Positions 38,102 to 49,445 of a DNA stretch of 64,000 nt are shown one piece after another. Made by a program: the position numbers and the translations under genes. Below the pieces are notes generated by a model that was not told where the DNA came from, did not search any database, and was given only the letters and a program-made list of their open reading frames with translations. How positions within the stretch are numbered: position 1 is the stretch's first letter; every line of letters begins with the position of its first letter. Source of the DNA: Candidatus Thermochlorobacter sp. (GTDB taxonomy: Bacteria; Bacteroidota; Chlorobiia; Chlorobiales; Thermochlorobacteraceae); contig JBKBSK010000007.1 in assembly GCA_046291735.1 (NCBI GenBank), forward strand, positions 85,288-149,287. Reading direction: 5' to 3'.

Positions 38102-39283
38102 ATGAAACAACATCTGACAAGCAACATACTCTTACTTCTGCTTTTCTTTTTCTTTCTCCCACAAGTGCAAGCTCAAATTGAACGGCGAACTGTCGCGCCA
38201 GATCCTATCAAGCAGTACAATGAGCAAATACTTCAAGGTATTGATCTCATTTACAATTTAGAATTTGAAAAGGCGGAAAAAATTTTCACCGAGATACGAA
38301 GCAAAGACTCTAAAAGTCCTATTGGACACTTCTTTCTCGGCATGACACTCTGGTGGAAAATGATGCTGGATATTGATAATGTGCAACATGACGAGCAATT
38401 CTGCGACTTCATGGAAAAAACAATTGAAGTATGTGAAGAGCGCTTAGAGCGCAATAGCGAAGATGTGGAAGCACTTTTTTTTAAGTGTGGATCGCTAGGC
38501 TTTCGCGGGCGCCTGCGTGCCAATCGAGAAAGTTGGCTCAAAGCTGCAAGCGATGGCAAAGACGCCTTGCCAATCGTGAATAAGTTGCAAAAACTTGATA
38601 AAGATAACTATGATATTCTCTTTGGCTTAGGACTCTACAACTACTACGCCGAAGTGATTCCTGAAAAAATTCCTGCAGTCAGACCGCTTGCACTGCTTTT
38701 CCCAAAGGGAGATAAACTCAAGGGTATAAAACAGTTAGAGCTTGCCGCTGAAAAAAGTCGCTACGCACGCACAGAATCGCTCTATTTTCTTTTGCAAATC
38801 TACTATGTCTATGAAAAAGACTATGTGAAGGCGATTGAGTATGCGCGGCGCTTGTATCAGAAGTATCCACGAAACGTGGTGTTTCATACCTTTTTGGGAC
38901 GCGCCTTAGCATCAGGAGGATATTGGCATGAAGCCGAAGCCGTCTATAACGACGTGCTGCAAAAGAGCAAGAGTGGCACAGAAAATTATGGTGATCGTGC
39001 TGCAAGAGAAGCGCATTTTCACTTGGGCATGGCAATGATGAACAGCCGAAAAATCTCACAAGCTCTGGAACACTTCAAACATGCCGAGGCACTTTGCAAG
39101 AAAATCGATAAAGAACCCTCTGCATATCAAGCCCTGACAGCACTCCGACTCGGAATGATCTACGACCTGCAAGGCGATCACAATGCAGCTGTAACACACT
39201 ACAAAAAAGTCTTGCAGATGAAAAATTATCAAAACTCCCATCAGTTAGCCAAAACTTACATTGAGCATCCCTTTTCAGGATAA
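38102..39283 (+). CDS. secreted TPR-repeat protein
   Basis: Signal peptide (..FLPQVQAQ). TPR-like helices run throughout (YEKDYVKAIEYARRLYQKYPRN, GDHNAAVTHYKKVLQM). Confidence 0.85.
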   Translation: MKQHLTSNILLLLLFFFFLPQVQAQIERRTVAPDPIKQYNEQILQGIDLIYNLEFEKAEKIFTEIRSKDSKSPIGHFFLGMTLWWKMMLDIDNVQHDEQFCDFMEKTIEVCEERLERNSEDVEALFFKCGSLGFRGRLRANRESWLKAASDGKDALPIVNKLQKLDKDNYDILFGLGLYNYYAEVIPEKIPAVRPLALLFPKGDKLKGIKQLELAAEKSRYARTESLYFLLQIYYVYEKDYVKAIEYARRLYQKYPRNVVFHTFLGRALASGGYWHEAEAVYNDVLQKSKSGTENYGDRAAREAHFHLGMAMMNSRKISQALEHFKHAEALCKKIDKEPSAYQALTALRLGMIYDLQGDHNAAVTHYKKVLQMKNYQNSHQLAKTYIEHPFSG

Positions 39284-39676
39284 ATGGCATACTTTCTATT
39301 GAAAACTGAACCTACCGAATACAGCCTCGAGATGCTCCAAACTGACGGCGAAACGGTTTGGAATGGCGTCAAGAACGCGCTAGCTCTCCAACATTTGCGC
39401 AAGGTCAAAACGGGCGATATGTGCTTTATCTACCACACAGGAAAGGAAAAGCAAATTGTAGGCTTAGGTGAAGCAACTTCAGATGTCTATACCGATAGCG
39501 ATGGAGCAGATGTTTTTAAAATCAAATTCAAGGAGAAATTTGTCACACCGCTTTCACTGGCAGAAATGAAAAAGGATAAGCACTTCGAGAACTTCGAGCT
39601 CTTGCGTTTGCCTCGTCTCTCTGTGATGCCTGTTGCGCCGGCACTTGCCGAATACATCTTGAAAAAGGTCAGATAG
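39284..39676 (+). CDS. EVE (PUA-like, DUF55) domain protein
   Basis: YFLLKTEP.EYS......G...W.GVKN..A..HLRKVK.GD.CFIYHTG matches the EVE-domain pattern as recalled. The ATG abuts the TPR gene stop. Confidence 0.82.
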   Translation: MAYFLLKTEPTEYSLEMLQTDGETVWNGVKNALALQHLRKVKTGDMCFIYHTGKEKQIVGLGEATSDVYTDSDGADVFKIKFKEKFVTPLSLAEMKKDKHFENFELLRLPRLSVMPVAPALAEYILKKVR

Positions 39677-40452
39677 TGTTGGAAGAGACGCTGTGGCTTT
39701 GCGGGTTTGCATTTCTCGCAGGGTTTATTGATGCTATTGCCGGCGGAGGCGGACTCATTCAGTTGCCAGCCCTGTTTATCGTCTTGCCGGCAGAGACCGA
39801 AGTTGCACCAATTTTGGGCACAAACAAACTTTCCTCTATTTGCGGCACAAGTATCGCAACGGTGCAGTATGCTCGAAAAATTCAGATGAACTGGCGCGTG
39901 GCGCTCTACGCAGCTGTTCCAGCCTTCCTCTTATCGGCACTTGGCGCCAGTGTGGTGAGTTTGTTTAGCAAAGAAAGCTTGCGCCCCGTTATCCTTCTTC
40001 TCCTCATCGCTGTAGCAATTTACACGCTCATTCAAAAAAACTTCGGCGCAGAGCACACACCAAAACTCTCGGAACACAAAGAAAAACTTTATGCAGCACT
40101 CATCGGAAGTAGCATCGGCTTCTACGACGGATTCTTCGGACCGGGCACAGGCAGTTTTCTCATCTTTCTTTTCATCGGTATCTTCGGCTTTGATTTTCTA
40201 CGTGCTTCCGCAACCTCAAAAGTGGTGAACTTCTCAACAAACCTTGCCGCAGTGCTCTACTTTGGCTCAAACGGAAATGTAATGCTGCTTGTAGGACTGC
40301 CAATGGGAATTTGTAACATTGTCGGCGCGCTCTTAGGTGCAAGGCTTGCTATCTTGCGTGGCAGCCGATTCATACGCACACTTTTTCTGCTCGTGATTTT
40401 TGCAATCATCGCTAAATTTGGCTACGATACCTTTCGCATCATCACGCTGTAA
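39676..40452 (+). CDS. TauE/SafE (TSUP, DUF81) family anion exporter
   Basis: GTG start overlaps the EVE gene stop by 1 nt. Duplicated 4-TM halves carry AGFIDAIAGGGGLIQLPAL and GFYDGFFGPGTGSFL. Confidence 0.88.
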   Translation: MLEETLWLCGFAFLAGFIDAIAGGGGLIQLPALFIVLPAETEVAPILGTNKLSSICGTSIATVQYARKIQMNWRVALYAAVPAFLLSALGASVVSLFSKESLRPVILLLLIAVAIYTLIQKNFGAEHTPKLSEHKEKLYAALIGSSIGFYDGFFGPGTGSFLIFLFIGIFGFDFLRASATSKVVNFSTNLAAVLYFGSNGNVMLLVGLPMGICNIVGALLGARLAILRGSRFIRTLFLLVIFAIIAKFGYDTFRIITL

Positions 40453-40475
40453 CTTACAGCTAAAGCATAACTAAA

Positions 40476-40994
40476 ATGAACAAGCAGATTTTTAACGCTC
40501 TCTTTGCCTTCCTTGAGCAACTTGGAAACTCAATCTGGGTAGGCGCCATCGTGATGTTTGCCATTGCTGTCGCCGGCACGGTCTTCCGTGAAGCAGGTAG
40601 CATCAACTTGGCGGGACATCTCAACGGGAAAATTTTAGCACGCCTCAACCTCATTGAAACGGCAGGCGCACTTCTAATGAGTATCTCAGCCGCATATTTT
40701 CTTGTAAACCCCGAAACGCGCGACCACACAAGAATTATCAAAACTGCACTGCTTGGGCTGATGATACTGCTGCTTATCGGCTATGGAAAATTTATCACAG
40801 AGCAACTCGAATACTTGCGCCTCGTCGAAATCAAAGACTTTGATAACTTTGATCCATCAAAACAAGCCTTCCGTGATGAATTCAATCGATTGCATAAACT
40901 TTACACCACGCTCACTAGCCTTAATCTCGTCATGGGCATTTCATTTATGGCAATTTCTGCTTTCAGTCGCATAAGAGAAAGTGTAGCGGAGTAG
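40476..40994 (+). CDS. four-helix membrane protein (DUF4149/TMEM205-like, tentative)
   Basis: 172 aa with four hydrophobic helices and an N-terminal LGNSIWVGAIVMFAIAVAGTVF. Confidence 0.65.
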   Translation: MNKQIFNALFAFLEQLGNSIWVGAIVMFAIAVAGTVFREAGSINLAGHLNGKILARLNLIETAGALLMSISAAYFLVNPETRDHTRIIKTALLGLMILLLIGYGKFITEQLEYLRLVEIKDFDNFDPSKQAFRDEFNRLHKLYTTLTSLNLVMGISFMAISAFSRIRESVAE

Positions 40995-41055
40995 GAAGAA
41001 ACACATCCGCTTGAATGTGCGTATTTGAGTGCAAACCTACTATCCAAACACGGTT

Positions 41056-42252
41056 ATGAAAATAAGCCCAGCTATACTGACAATCTTGAGCGTAGCGATA
41101 ATGCTTTCTGCTTGTACGATTGAAGAGAAAGAAAGAAAGAGCAGCGGAGAGCTAACGCCAGCCCAAAAGATTGAAAGTTTTGCAAGTCCGAATTCGCTTT
41201 ACGCGCAATCCAAGAGCGATGATATTTCAAACTCACGGCGCAATGCTATTACGCAAGCTGTTGCGGTGGCAAGCCCTTCGGTTGTCGGTATCAATGTTAC
41301 AGAAGTGCGTGAATATCAAGTGCGCGATCCATTTAGCTTTTTCTTCGAAGACGATCCATTCTTCGGACCGTTTATGCGTCGGCGCAATCAAACCTTCAAG
41401 CAAGAGGTTAAAAGTTTAGGCTCTGGGTTTTTTATTTCGTCAGATGGCTACATTGTTACCAATTCGCATGTGGCAGGCAATGCTGTGAAAATCGTAGTTA
41501 CAACAATTGATGGAAAGCAGCACGACGCACGGCTTGTGGGTGCAGATGAACTCACCGACGTGGCTTTGCTTAAAGTCGATGATGGCGGACCTTTTCCAGC
41601 GCTCAAACTTGGCAATTCAGATGAAGTGATTGTCGGAGAATGGGTGATAGCGATGGGCAATCCATTCGGACTGTTTGAAATCAACAACAAGCCGATTGTT
41701 ACCGTCGGTGTGGTAAGTTCCACGGGGCTAAATTTTCCTGATGTGCAAGGTCGCTCCTACCGCGACATGATTCAAACCGATGCGGCAATTAACAGTGGCA
41801 ATAGCGGCGGACCTTTACTCAATGCAAATGCAGAAGTCATCGGCGTCAATACCTTCATCTATACAGGTGGCGGTGCAGGCTCAATTGGTATCGGGTTTGC
41901 CATTCCAATTAACCGCGTAAAGAAAATCATAGAGGAACTTAAAATCAAGGGTAAAATTGAGCGGTCATTCAAGACTGGAATTTCTGTGCAAGCGCTAACA
42001 CCACAACTGGCAAGATACTTCGGAGTAGAGCAAGGTCGAGGCGTGGTTGTGGTCAATGTCGAGAAGGGCTCTACAGCAGAGCGGGCAGGCGTTAAAGTCG
42101 GTGATGTGATTATTGAAGCTGATGGACAACGGGTGCGCAATGAGCAAGAGCTAATGTTTGCAGTACGCGAACTGCGCGCAGGTGATATACTCAGGCTCAA
42201 AGTCATGCGCGATAAAAAACTCATAGATATCAATGTCAAGCTGGAAAAGTAA
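41056..42252 (+). CDS. htrA: HtrA/DegP-family serine protease lipoprotein with one PDZ domain
   Basis: Lipobox AIMLSAC. Catalytic contexts TNSHV, DVALLKV and GNSGGPLL, with a C-terminal PDZ (GVVVVNVEKGSTAERAGVKVGDVIIEADG). I did not prefer the ORF-track GTG at 41029. Confidence 0.9.
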   Translation: MKISPAILTILSVAIMLSACTIEEKERKSSGELTPAQKIESFASPNSLYAQSKSDDISNSRRNAITQAVAVASPSVVGINVTEVREYQVRDPFSFFFEDDPFFGPFMRRRNQTFKQEVKSLGSGFFISSDGYIVTNSHVAGNAVKIVVTTIDGKQHDARLVGADELTDVALLKVDDGGPFPALKLGNSDEVIVGEWVIAMGNPFGLFEINNKPIVTVGVVSSTGLNFPDVQGRSYRDMIQTDAAINSGNSGGPLLNANAEVIGVNTFIYTGGGAGSIGIGFAIPINRVKKIIEELKIKGKIERSFKTGISVQALTPQLARYFGVEQGRGVVVVNVEKGSTAERAGVKVGDVIIEADGQRVRNEQELMFAVRELRAGDILRLKVMRDKKLIDINVKLEK

Positions 42253-42254
42253 GC

Positions 42255-43589
42255 CTATACGACAGATGCTTTGGGGATAAGCGAGCTTGAATCTTGCGCA
42301 AGAAAGCCGACACGAAACAACGCAATCCATATCAAGACATTGGCAAGTGTGAAACTGCCAAAGGCACTTGTCAGAAACATCGCGCGCCAGCCAATAATGT
42401 CAGGGCTTGTAAGCAAGACAGTAGCAAAAGAGGCAATCGTGCTGAAAAGAAAAAGCCTGTCGCGCACCTCCACGACTTTCCAGAGATAGACGATGTAGAA
42501 ATACGCAGGCAACAGCGTAAGAAAGTGATATTGATGCGTTTGCGGCAAAAATTGCGGTACAAGTGCAAGCGAGAGTGCAATTCCACCTTGCTCTGAAATA
42601 AGCGGCTTACAATGTCGGAAAAGAAAGGCGTAAAGTGGTGCAAGCGATAAGACAAAGAGAATTGCAGTAGCCTTCAGTGCACGGACGAGCGCAGGCGGCA
42701 AGAGAATAAGCGTAGCACGAAACGACTCTCCTTCGTGCGTGAAAGCAACCACATCGGTCGTAAGTCGCAAAATGAGAGCTTGCAGTGAAATGTTGTCTGT
42801 GTGGTTAGCAAGTAGATCATGAAAGGGAATTGTGCTGCTAACTGGCGCATGTTTGAGCACTGCGGTCAAAAGCCAAGAGTGTAAAAGCTCAAAATTATGA
42901 CTGATGCCGAGGAAAAGTGAAGGGAAAAGTAGCCAAATGAGTGCACCAAGCATAAGACCGCCAAGGGTCTTGAAATCTCGCTTCACTACAAACCAGAGCC
43001 CTAAGGGTAAGGTGAGCAGTTTAATTGCCATTGCAAGTCCAATCCAAAACCCGCCTAGAATTTCCTTTTTCTGCTGATGCAAGCAAAGCCCATAGAGCGT
43101 TAGCAGCATCACCAGCAGGTTGATTTGCCCAGAAGAGATTTCGTAGAGCAAAAATCGAAGGGCAAGAAGGAGAGTAAAAAAAGAAAGTGCAATTTGCAGC
43201 GAGGGATTGAGCGCAAAAAAAGACTTGCCTACGAAGAATTTGCAAAGAAGAAGGAACGACAGCACTGCAAATATCAAGTTTAGCACGACAAACAGCGGCA
43301 CGAACACGTCGGGCGGAAAAGTGCCCAGTGGCGCAAGAAGTAAGGCGATGCCCGGCAGATATGGATAGGGTTCATCGGGCAGAGGATGGCGATAGACATC
43401 TGTGCCTGCAAGCAAGTGTTGCCCAACATTGACGATAAGATGCACATCACCTTTGAGACGTGTGCTCGAGTGCAGTTGCTTGAGTGTAGCTGAGAGTGCA
43501 ATAACAAGTGCTAAAGATGCAAGTGCACTCCAGTACAGCTTGACGCGTAGAGAAGCAGGGAGTGTCATCAAATTCTGCATGATTAACAC
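42255..43589 (-). CDS. polytopic membrane glycosyltransferase-like protein (DUF2029/GT87-like, tentative)
   Basis: Nine or more TM helices. The first periplasmic loop motif, GTDVYRHPLPDEPYPYLPGIALLLAPL, resembles lipid-linked-sugar glycosyltransferases. Confidence 0.7.
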   Translation of the reverse strand: MLIMQNLMTLPASLRVKLYWSALASLALVIALSATLKQLHSSTRLKGDVHLIVNVGQHLLAGTDVYRHPLPDEPYPYLPGIALLLAPLGTFPPDVFVPLFVVLNLIFAVLSFLLLCKFFVGKSFFALNPSLQIALSFFTLLLALRFLLYEISSGQINLLVMLLTLYGLCLHQQKKEILGGFWIGLAMAIKLLTLPLGLWFVVKRDFKTLGGLMLGALIWLLFPSLFLGISHNFELLHSWLLTAVLKHAPVSSTIPFHDLLANHTDNISLQALILRLTTDVVAFTHEGESFRATLILLPPALVRALKATAILFVLSLAPLYAFLFRHCKPLISEQGGIALSLALVPQFLPQTHQYHFLTLLPAYFYIVYLWKVVEVRDRLFLFSTIASFATVLLTSPDIIGWRAMFLTSAFGSFTLANVLIWIALFRVGFLAQDSSSLIPKASVV

Positions 43590-43615
43590 GCGCCATTAGG
43601 CTTTTACGATGCGGC

Positions 43616-44335
43616 TCAAAGTTGATGGCTCTCTGGTTGCAAGACAAGTTCGCCGAGCACAAGTTGCTCTGGCTGCGTTGCGCAAAGCAGAACCATATCG
43701 GCAGCTTGGTCAACAGTGAGCATTTTCTCGCGCTGTACGCGCATGGTAATCTTGTCCCAAAATGTGGTATTGACCCCGCCGAAGTGCAAGAGTGAAATTT
43801 TCACACCATCGCGCATCAAGTCTTGAGTCATGGCTTTAGCAAGACCTGTGACACCATACTTCGAAGCAGAATAACCTGAGGACATGCGCATAACGGCTTT
43901 GCCTAAAATGCCGGGTAAATTGATGATGTGTCCTGATTTTTGCTTCACCATCACTTCGCTCACAAACTTTGAAGCGTAGAATGTGCCTTTGAGATTCACG
44001 TCAATCATTTCATCAAACTCTTCAACCGTAAGTTCAGTAACAGGCTTGAGATACCCAACGCCAGCACTGTTGAGCAGAATATCGATTCTGCCGAAAGTCG
44101 ACACTGCACGATCTACAAGCGACTTGACTTCAGCAGCTTTTGTTACATCGCACGGTACGACCAGTGAATCCGTATCGTAGAGATCGAAGAGTTCTTTGGC
44201 AAGTGTGTCGAGTTCAGATTGGGTGCGGCTTGCAAGAACAAGTTTTGCACCCTCGCGCGCAAAGCGAATAGCAGACGCTCTGCCGATGCCACGACCTGCA
44301 CCTGTAATCAGAGCAACTTTTCCTTCAAGTTTCAT
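43616..44335 (-). CDS. short-chain dehydrogenase/reductase (classical SDR)
   Basis: ALITGAGRGIGRA, NSAG and SGYSASKYG (YxxxK) motifs. Confidence 0.9.
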   Translation of the reverse strand: MKLEGKVALITGAGRGIGRASAIRFAREGAKLVLASRTQSELDTLAKELFDLYDTDSLVVPCDVTKAAEVKSLVDRAVSTFGRIDILLNSAGVGYLKPVTELTVEEFDEMIDVNLKGTFYASKFVSEVMVKQKSGHIINLPGILGKAVMRMSSGYSASKYGVTGLAKAMTQDLMRDGVKISLLHFGGVNTTFWDKITMRVQREKMLTVDQAADMVLLCATQPEQLVLGELVLQPESHQL

Positions 44336-44411
44336 TTGTGCTAAGTTAGTTTAGAAAACTGTCTGCTAAACCGCATTTAAAGAGTGGTTCGTTTCCAATA
44401 ATAAAACTGTG

Positions 44412-46127
<1,716 letters not shown>

Positions 46128-46166
46128 CTAATAAAGCCTGCAAAATAAAGGCTCACTACAAAGACA

Positions 46167-46652
46167 ATGAAGGCGATTGGAAATAGCAGCGATAGACATG
46201 CTCGTGCTCTGATATTCGGTGTGGCTAGTATTTTACTGGGCTTAGCTATCTGTGCTCCGATTTTGGCAACGCAAGGCAATACAGAACTCTACGCACTTTT
46301 CAGCAGTGTGTGTCATCAAGCAAGTGAAAGGTGCTTCTGCATAGCAGAGCGACCCATAGCACTTTGTGCGCGCTGTGTAGGTATCTACAGCGGCGTGATG
46401 CTCGCTGCGCTGCTCTTCCCAGAAAAATGGCTAAGTCGAAAAACGCTGCTCATGCTCTTGAGTATTGCTACAAGTGTGGTGGCGCTTGATGTAGGGCTTG
46501 AAATGATAGGATTGTATCATAATGTCAAATGGTTACGGCTATTGACTGGTTTCATGCTTGGGATAGCGCTTGCGCCGTTTGCACTCGTTGCACTGATAGA
46601 GATGTGCTCAAAAAAGCCAAGTGAGCAAAGACATACAAAAAGTCTTTCGTAA
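46167..46652 (+). CDS. DUF2085-family membrane protein
   Basis: The CHQASERCF...LCARCVGIYSG motif is followed by TM helices. Confidence 0.78.
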   Translation: MKAIGNSSDRHARALIFGVASILLGLAICAPILATQGNTELYALFSSVCHQASERCFCIAERPIALCARCVGIYSGVMLAALLFPEKWLSRKTLLMLLSIATSVVALDVGLEMIGLYHNVKWLRLLTGFMLGIALAPFALVALIEMCSKKPSEQRHTKSLS

Positions 46653-46695
46653 TTTTCATTACGCGTCTTATATTTACAACCTCTGTAGTTTGAAC

Positions 46696-46768
<73 letters not shown>

Positions 46769-46880
46769 CATCAGCGCGAGCCGCTTTGATGCGGCTCTCT
46801 GTGTTGTCTGCTACAATGAACTACAATGAAGAGTTGTAAAGACGCACCTGAAGTTGCTGCAATTAAACGTTATTGTCAGT

Positions 46881-47546
46881 ATGACTGATATCTACATGCT
46901 CCGGGAGTTGGAGCAAGTTCGAGCTATTGCAGATCCCCTACGCATTCGTATCCTCAATGTGCTGTGTGAAAAAGCAATGACAACCAAGCAAGTCGCCGAG
47001 TATTTGGGCGAAAATATCAACAAACTTTATCATCATGTTGAGACGCTCGAGGGGGCTGGGCTGATTAAGATGGTCGAAACGCGCAGAAATCGTGGAACAT
47101 TAGAAAAGTATTTTCGAGCAGTTGCAAAACACTTTACGCTCTCGCCTGTGTTGTTTGAAGTGCGCCTTGACACCGAAGATGATGTCTCTGAGCTCACGTT
47201 TTCCTCTACACTGCAAGCCACACTCACCGAACTCAAAGAAAGTTTAGCGAAAGGTCTGATTAAAAACAGTCGAAAGAAACACTACTTTGCGCGTCAGTAT
47301 ATTAAAACCACAAAACAGAAAGCTGAAGAGCTGAGTGACAAACTGCAAGAGTGGCTCAAAGAATGTGAAGAAGCTAATTCAGAAAACGGTGAAGTAACCT
47401 ACGCGCTGACTGCGACCTTTTATCCTGTTGCGACAAAAAGTGAGAACAAAGCGCTAAATAATGGCTCTGAAGAAAGCAAATCACTGCGCTCGTCACACGA
47501 AGAAGTTAGCGTCGCTAAAAAAGCAAGTGAGAAAACAAAGCCCTGA
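46881..47546 (+). CDS. ArsR-type winged-helix transcriptional regulator with long C-terminal extension
   Basis: IADPLRIRILNVLCEKAMTTKQVAEYLGENINKLYHHVETLEGAGLI (HTH plus wing), followed by about 130 aa of unknown function. ORF-track TTG 46854 not preferred. Confidence 0.8.
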   Translation: MTDIYMLRELEQVRAIADPLRIRILNVLCEKAMTTKQVAEYLGENINKLYHHVETLEGAGLIKMVETRRNRGTLEKYFRAVAKHFTLSPVLFEVRLDTEDDVSELTFSSTLQATLTELKESLAKGLIKNSRKKHYFARQYIKTTKQKAEELSDKLQEWLKECEEANSENGEVTYALTATFYPVATKSENKALNNGSEESKSLRSSHEEVSVAKKASEKTKP

Positions 47547-47625
47547 GCGTCATCGCACTCAAAGCGCTTGAGATAGCTAAGAGAATAATTATCTCTTGTA
47601 ACTCAATCAAACTGTTGTTTTCAAA

Positions 47626-47976
47626 ATGAATATCATCATACTCATCTATGGCGCTCTTTTGATTGCTCTTGGCATTGTCGGCTACATTCAGTCGGGCAGT
47701 GCAACGAGCTTCATTGGTTCAGCCGCAGGTGTGCTAGCGATAGTTGGGGCATACCTTTACCAAACGCAAGAGTGGGCAAAATGGCTATGCTTTGCAGCAG
47801 CGCTGGTAATTATTGGCGGATTAGGAGCAAGACTGCCGGGAGCCTTCTCCAAAATTAGTGCTGGCGAAGCCACACTTGGCGAATACTGGGTACGCTTCTC
47901 ACTTGTTGGGCTCTCTTTGCTCTTTATCGTCTACTTCTTCTTTGGCTTAAAACAAAACACGAATACGGCATCGTAG
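47626..47976 (+). CDS. small four-helix membrane protein (TMEM14/UPF0136-like)
   Basis: LIALGIVGYIQSGSATSFIGSAAG pattern and 116 aa. Confidence 0.68.
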   Translation: MNIIILIYGALLIALGIVGYIQSGSATSFIGSAAGVLAIVGAYLYQTQEWAKWLCFAAALVIIGGLGARLPGAFSKISAGEATLGEYWVRFSLVGLSLLFIVYFFFGLKQNTNTAS

Positions 47977-48060
47977 AGCAAGAGCCTCTTGCCAATTCCA
48001 AGAGAGTTTCGTAAAATACAGACCAAAGTTATACGCAACGCTTCAACGACCGAACAATTC

Positions 48061-48588
48061 ATGAGGAAAGCGCTTTTTACTGCAATTCTCGTCATCGGAA
48101 TGTCTCTTTCGGCACAAGCACAATTTGCCAAAGATGTGCCGCGCCAGACTGTTGAAGATGGAACTGCAGCGGTGTTCCAAAAACCCTCCGAAAGCTTCTT
48201 CGGACAACTCTTAGGTCCAGCCTTCGACGCAAATCATTTTCAGATGCATCACTCTTACTCACTCTCTTACAACTCCTTCTTTGGCAATACGGTGGGCGAG
48301 TATGTCAATACGATGATTTACCAATTTGACTTTCCACTTGCAGTTCGCGCCGATATTGGGGTCATCCATCAACCTTTCGGCGTAACACCGATGCAGCAGC
48401 AAGTTCTTGGCAGTCAAAATCTCTTTCAGGGTATCTATCTCAAAAATCTTCAAGCCGTCTATAAGCCTACGAAAGACATTACTATTGGACTGAGTTTTCA
48501 GCAAGTCCCACAAGGGCAATGGTTCTGGGGTAATCCTTGGGCAATGGGCAGAATGGGGCTCATGAGAGATCCCTACTGGGGCTGGTAA
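48061..48588 (+). CDS. secreted hypothetical protein (possible small outer-membrane protein)
   Basis: Signal peptide MRKALFTAILVIGMSLSAQAQ, an aromatic-rich sequence and a C-terminal ...YWGW. The ORF-track start at 47989 lacks a signal sequence context. Confidence 0.62.
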   Translation: MRKALFTAILVIGMSLSAQAQFAKDVPRQTVEDGTAAVFQKPSESFFGQLLGPAFDANHFQMHHSYSLSYNSFFGNTVGEYVNTMIYQFDFPLAVRADIGVIHQPFGVTPMQQQVLGSQNLFQGIYLKNLQAVYKPTKDITIGLSFQQVPQGQWFWGNPWAMGRMGLMRDPYWGW

Positions 48589-48609
48589 AAGGTTTTTCTT
48601 TCATGGCGC

Positions 48610-48660
48610 AAAATCGCCGTTGGTCAAGAGTTATGCTCCGAAGCCGACGGCGATTTTTAT
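48610..48660 (+). terminator. rho-independent terminator
   Basis: 11-bp stem aaaatcgccgt / acggcgatttt, followed by tatttttg. Confidence 0.6.
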
Positions 48661-48678
48661 TTTTGCTGACTGCCAAGT

Positions 48679-49356
48679 ATGAAGCGCACTGCGATATTCA
48701 TTCTGCTTCTCTACACCAGCGTAGCTTCTGCACAACTTAGCACACCTTTTCAGCAGCCGACTCTGATTGTAGATGCAAAAGCAGGCGTGAGCGCAATCAT
48801 TCCACCCGACTTTTCACGGTGGAGTGAAACGGTCCGATTAGTGCGCAGTCCAGATGTGCGCACAAGCCTTGATGTAGGTGGCACGCTACTGCTGCGCTTG
48901 AGCAACGCACTCTACGGCGGAGTAGAGGTAAGCTATGGCTTCTTTGAAGATGCCATTGATGCAACAACAGGCGTGCAACAACTGCGCTTAACTGGGATAA
49001 TGCTAATGCCCGCAGCGGTCGTGGCGCTTGTGCCCCTTGAGCCACTGCAAAGCCGCGCTTTAGTAAAATTTACTTTCGGAGCAGGGGCACTCTTTGGCAC
49101 AGTCAATAATACGCTGGCGGCACCGCAGACATATTCAACAACGGGTGCAACATTGCTAGCTGAGTTTACATTTGGCTTGCCGATAGGAGAGTCTGTTGTA
49201 GCCACGTTCAATGCTGCACTGCGTGGCGGTCTGACAGGCGGAGCACAGAATGGCAGTGTACGCTTGGAGTATCTCGATAGCGATAGACAAGTCAAGCCTG
49301 TTACGCTAACTTTTATTGCAGGCACGATTCGTTTTGGTATTGCACTTAAGCTCTAG
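48679..49356 (+). CDS. secreted hypothetical protein (beta-barrel-like alternating pattern)
   Basis: Signal peptide MKRTAIFILLLYTSVASAQ. Gly/Ala/Thr-rich with alternating hydrophobicity. Confidence 0.62.
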   Translation: MKRTAIFILLLYTSVASAQLSTPFQQPTLIVDAKAGVSAIIPPDFSRWSETVRLVRSPDVRTSLDVGGTLLLRLSNALYGGVEVSYGFFEDAIDATTGVQQLRLTGIMLMPAAVVALVPLEPLQSRALVKFTFGAGALFGTVNNTLAAPQTYSTTGATLLAEFTFGLPIGESVVATFNAALRGGLTGGAQNGSVRLEYLDSDRQVKPVTLTFIAGTIRFGIALKL

Positions 49357-49445
49357 TAGGCTTATGAGAAACCATGCTGTGCGTTTCGTATAGAATCCGT
49401 ATCTTGTTAGATAAGAACATTTTCAAAAAGTAGTAAGAATCATCT

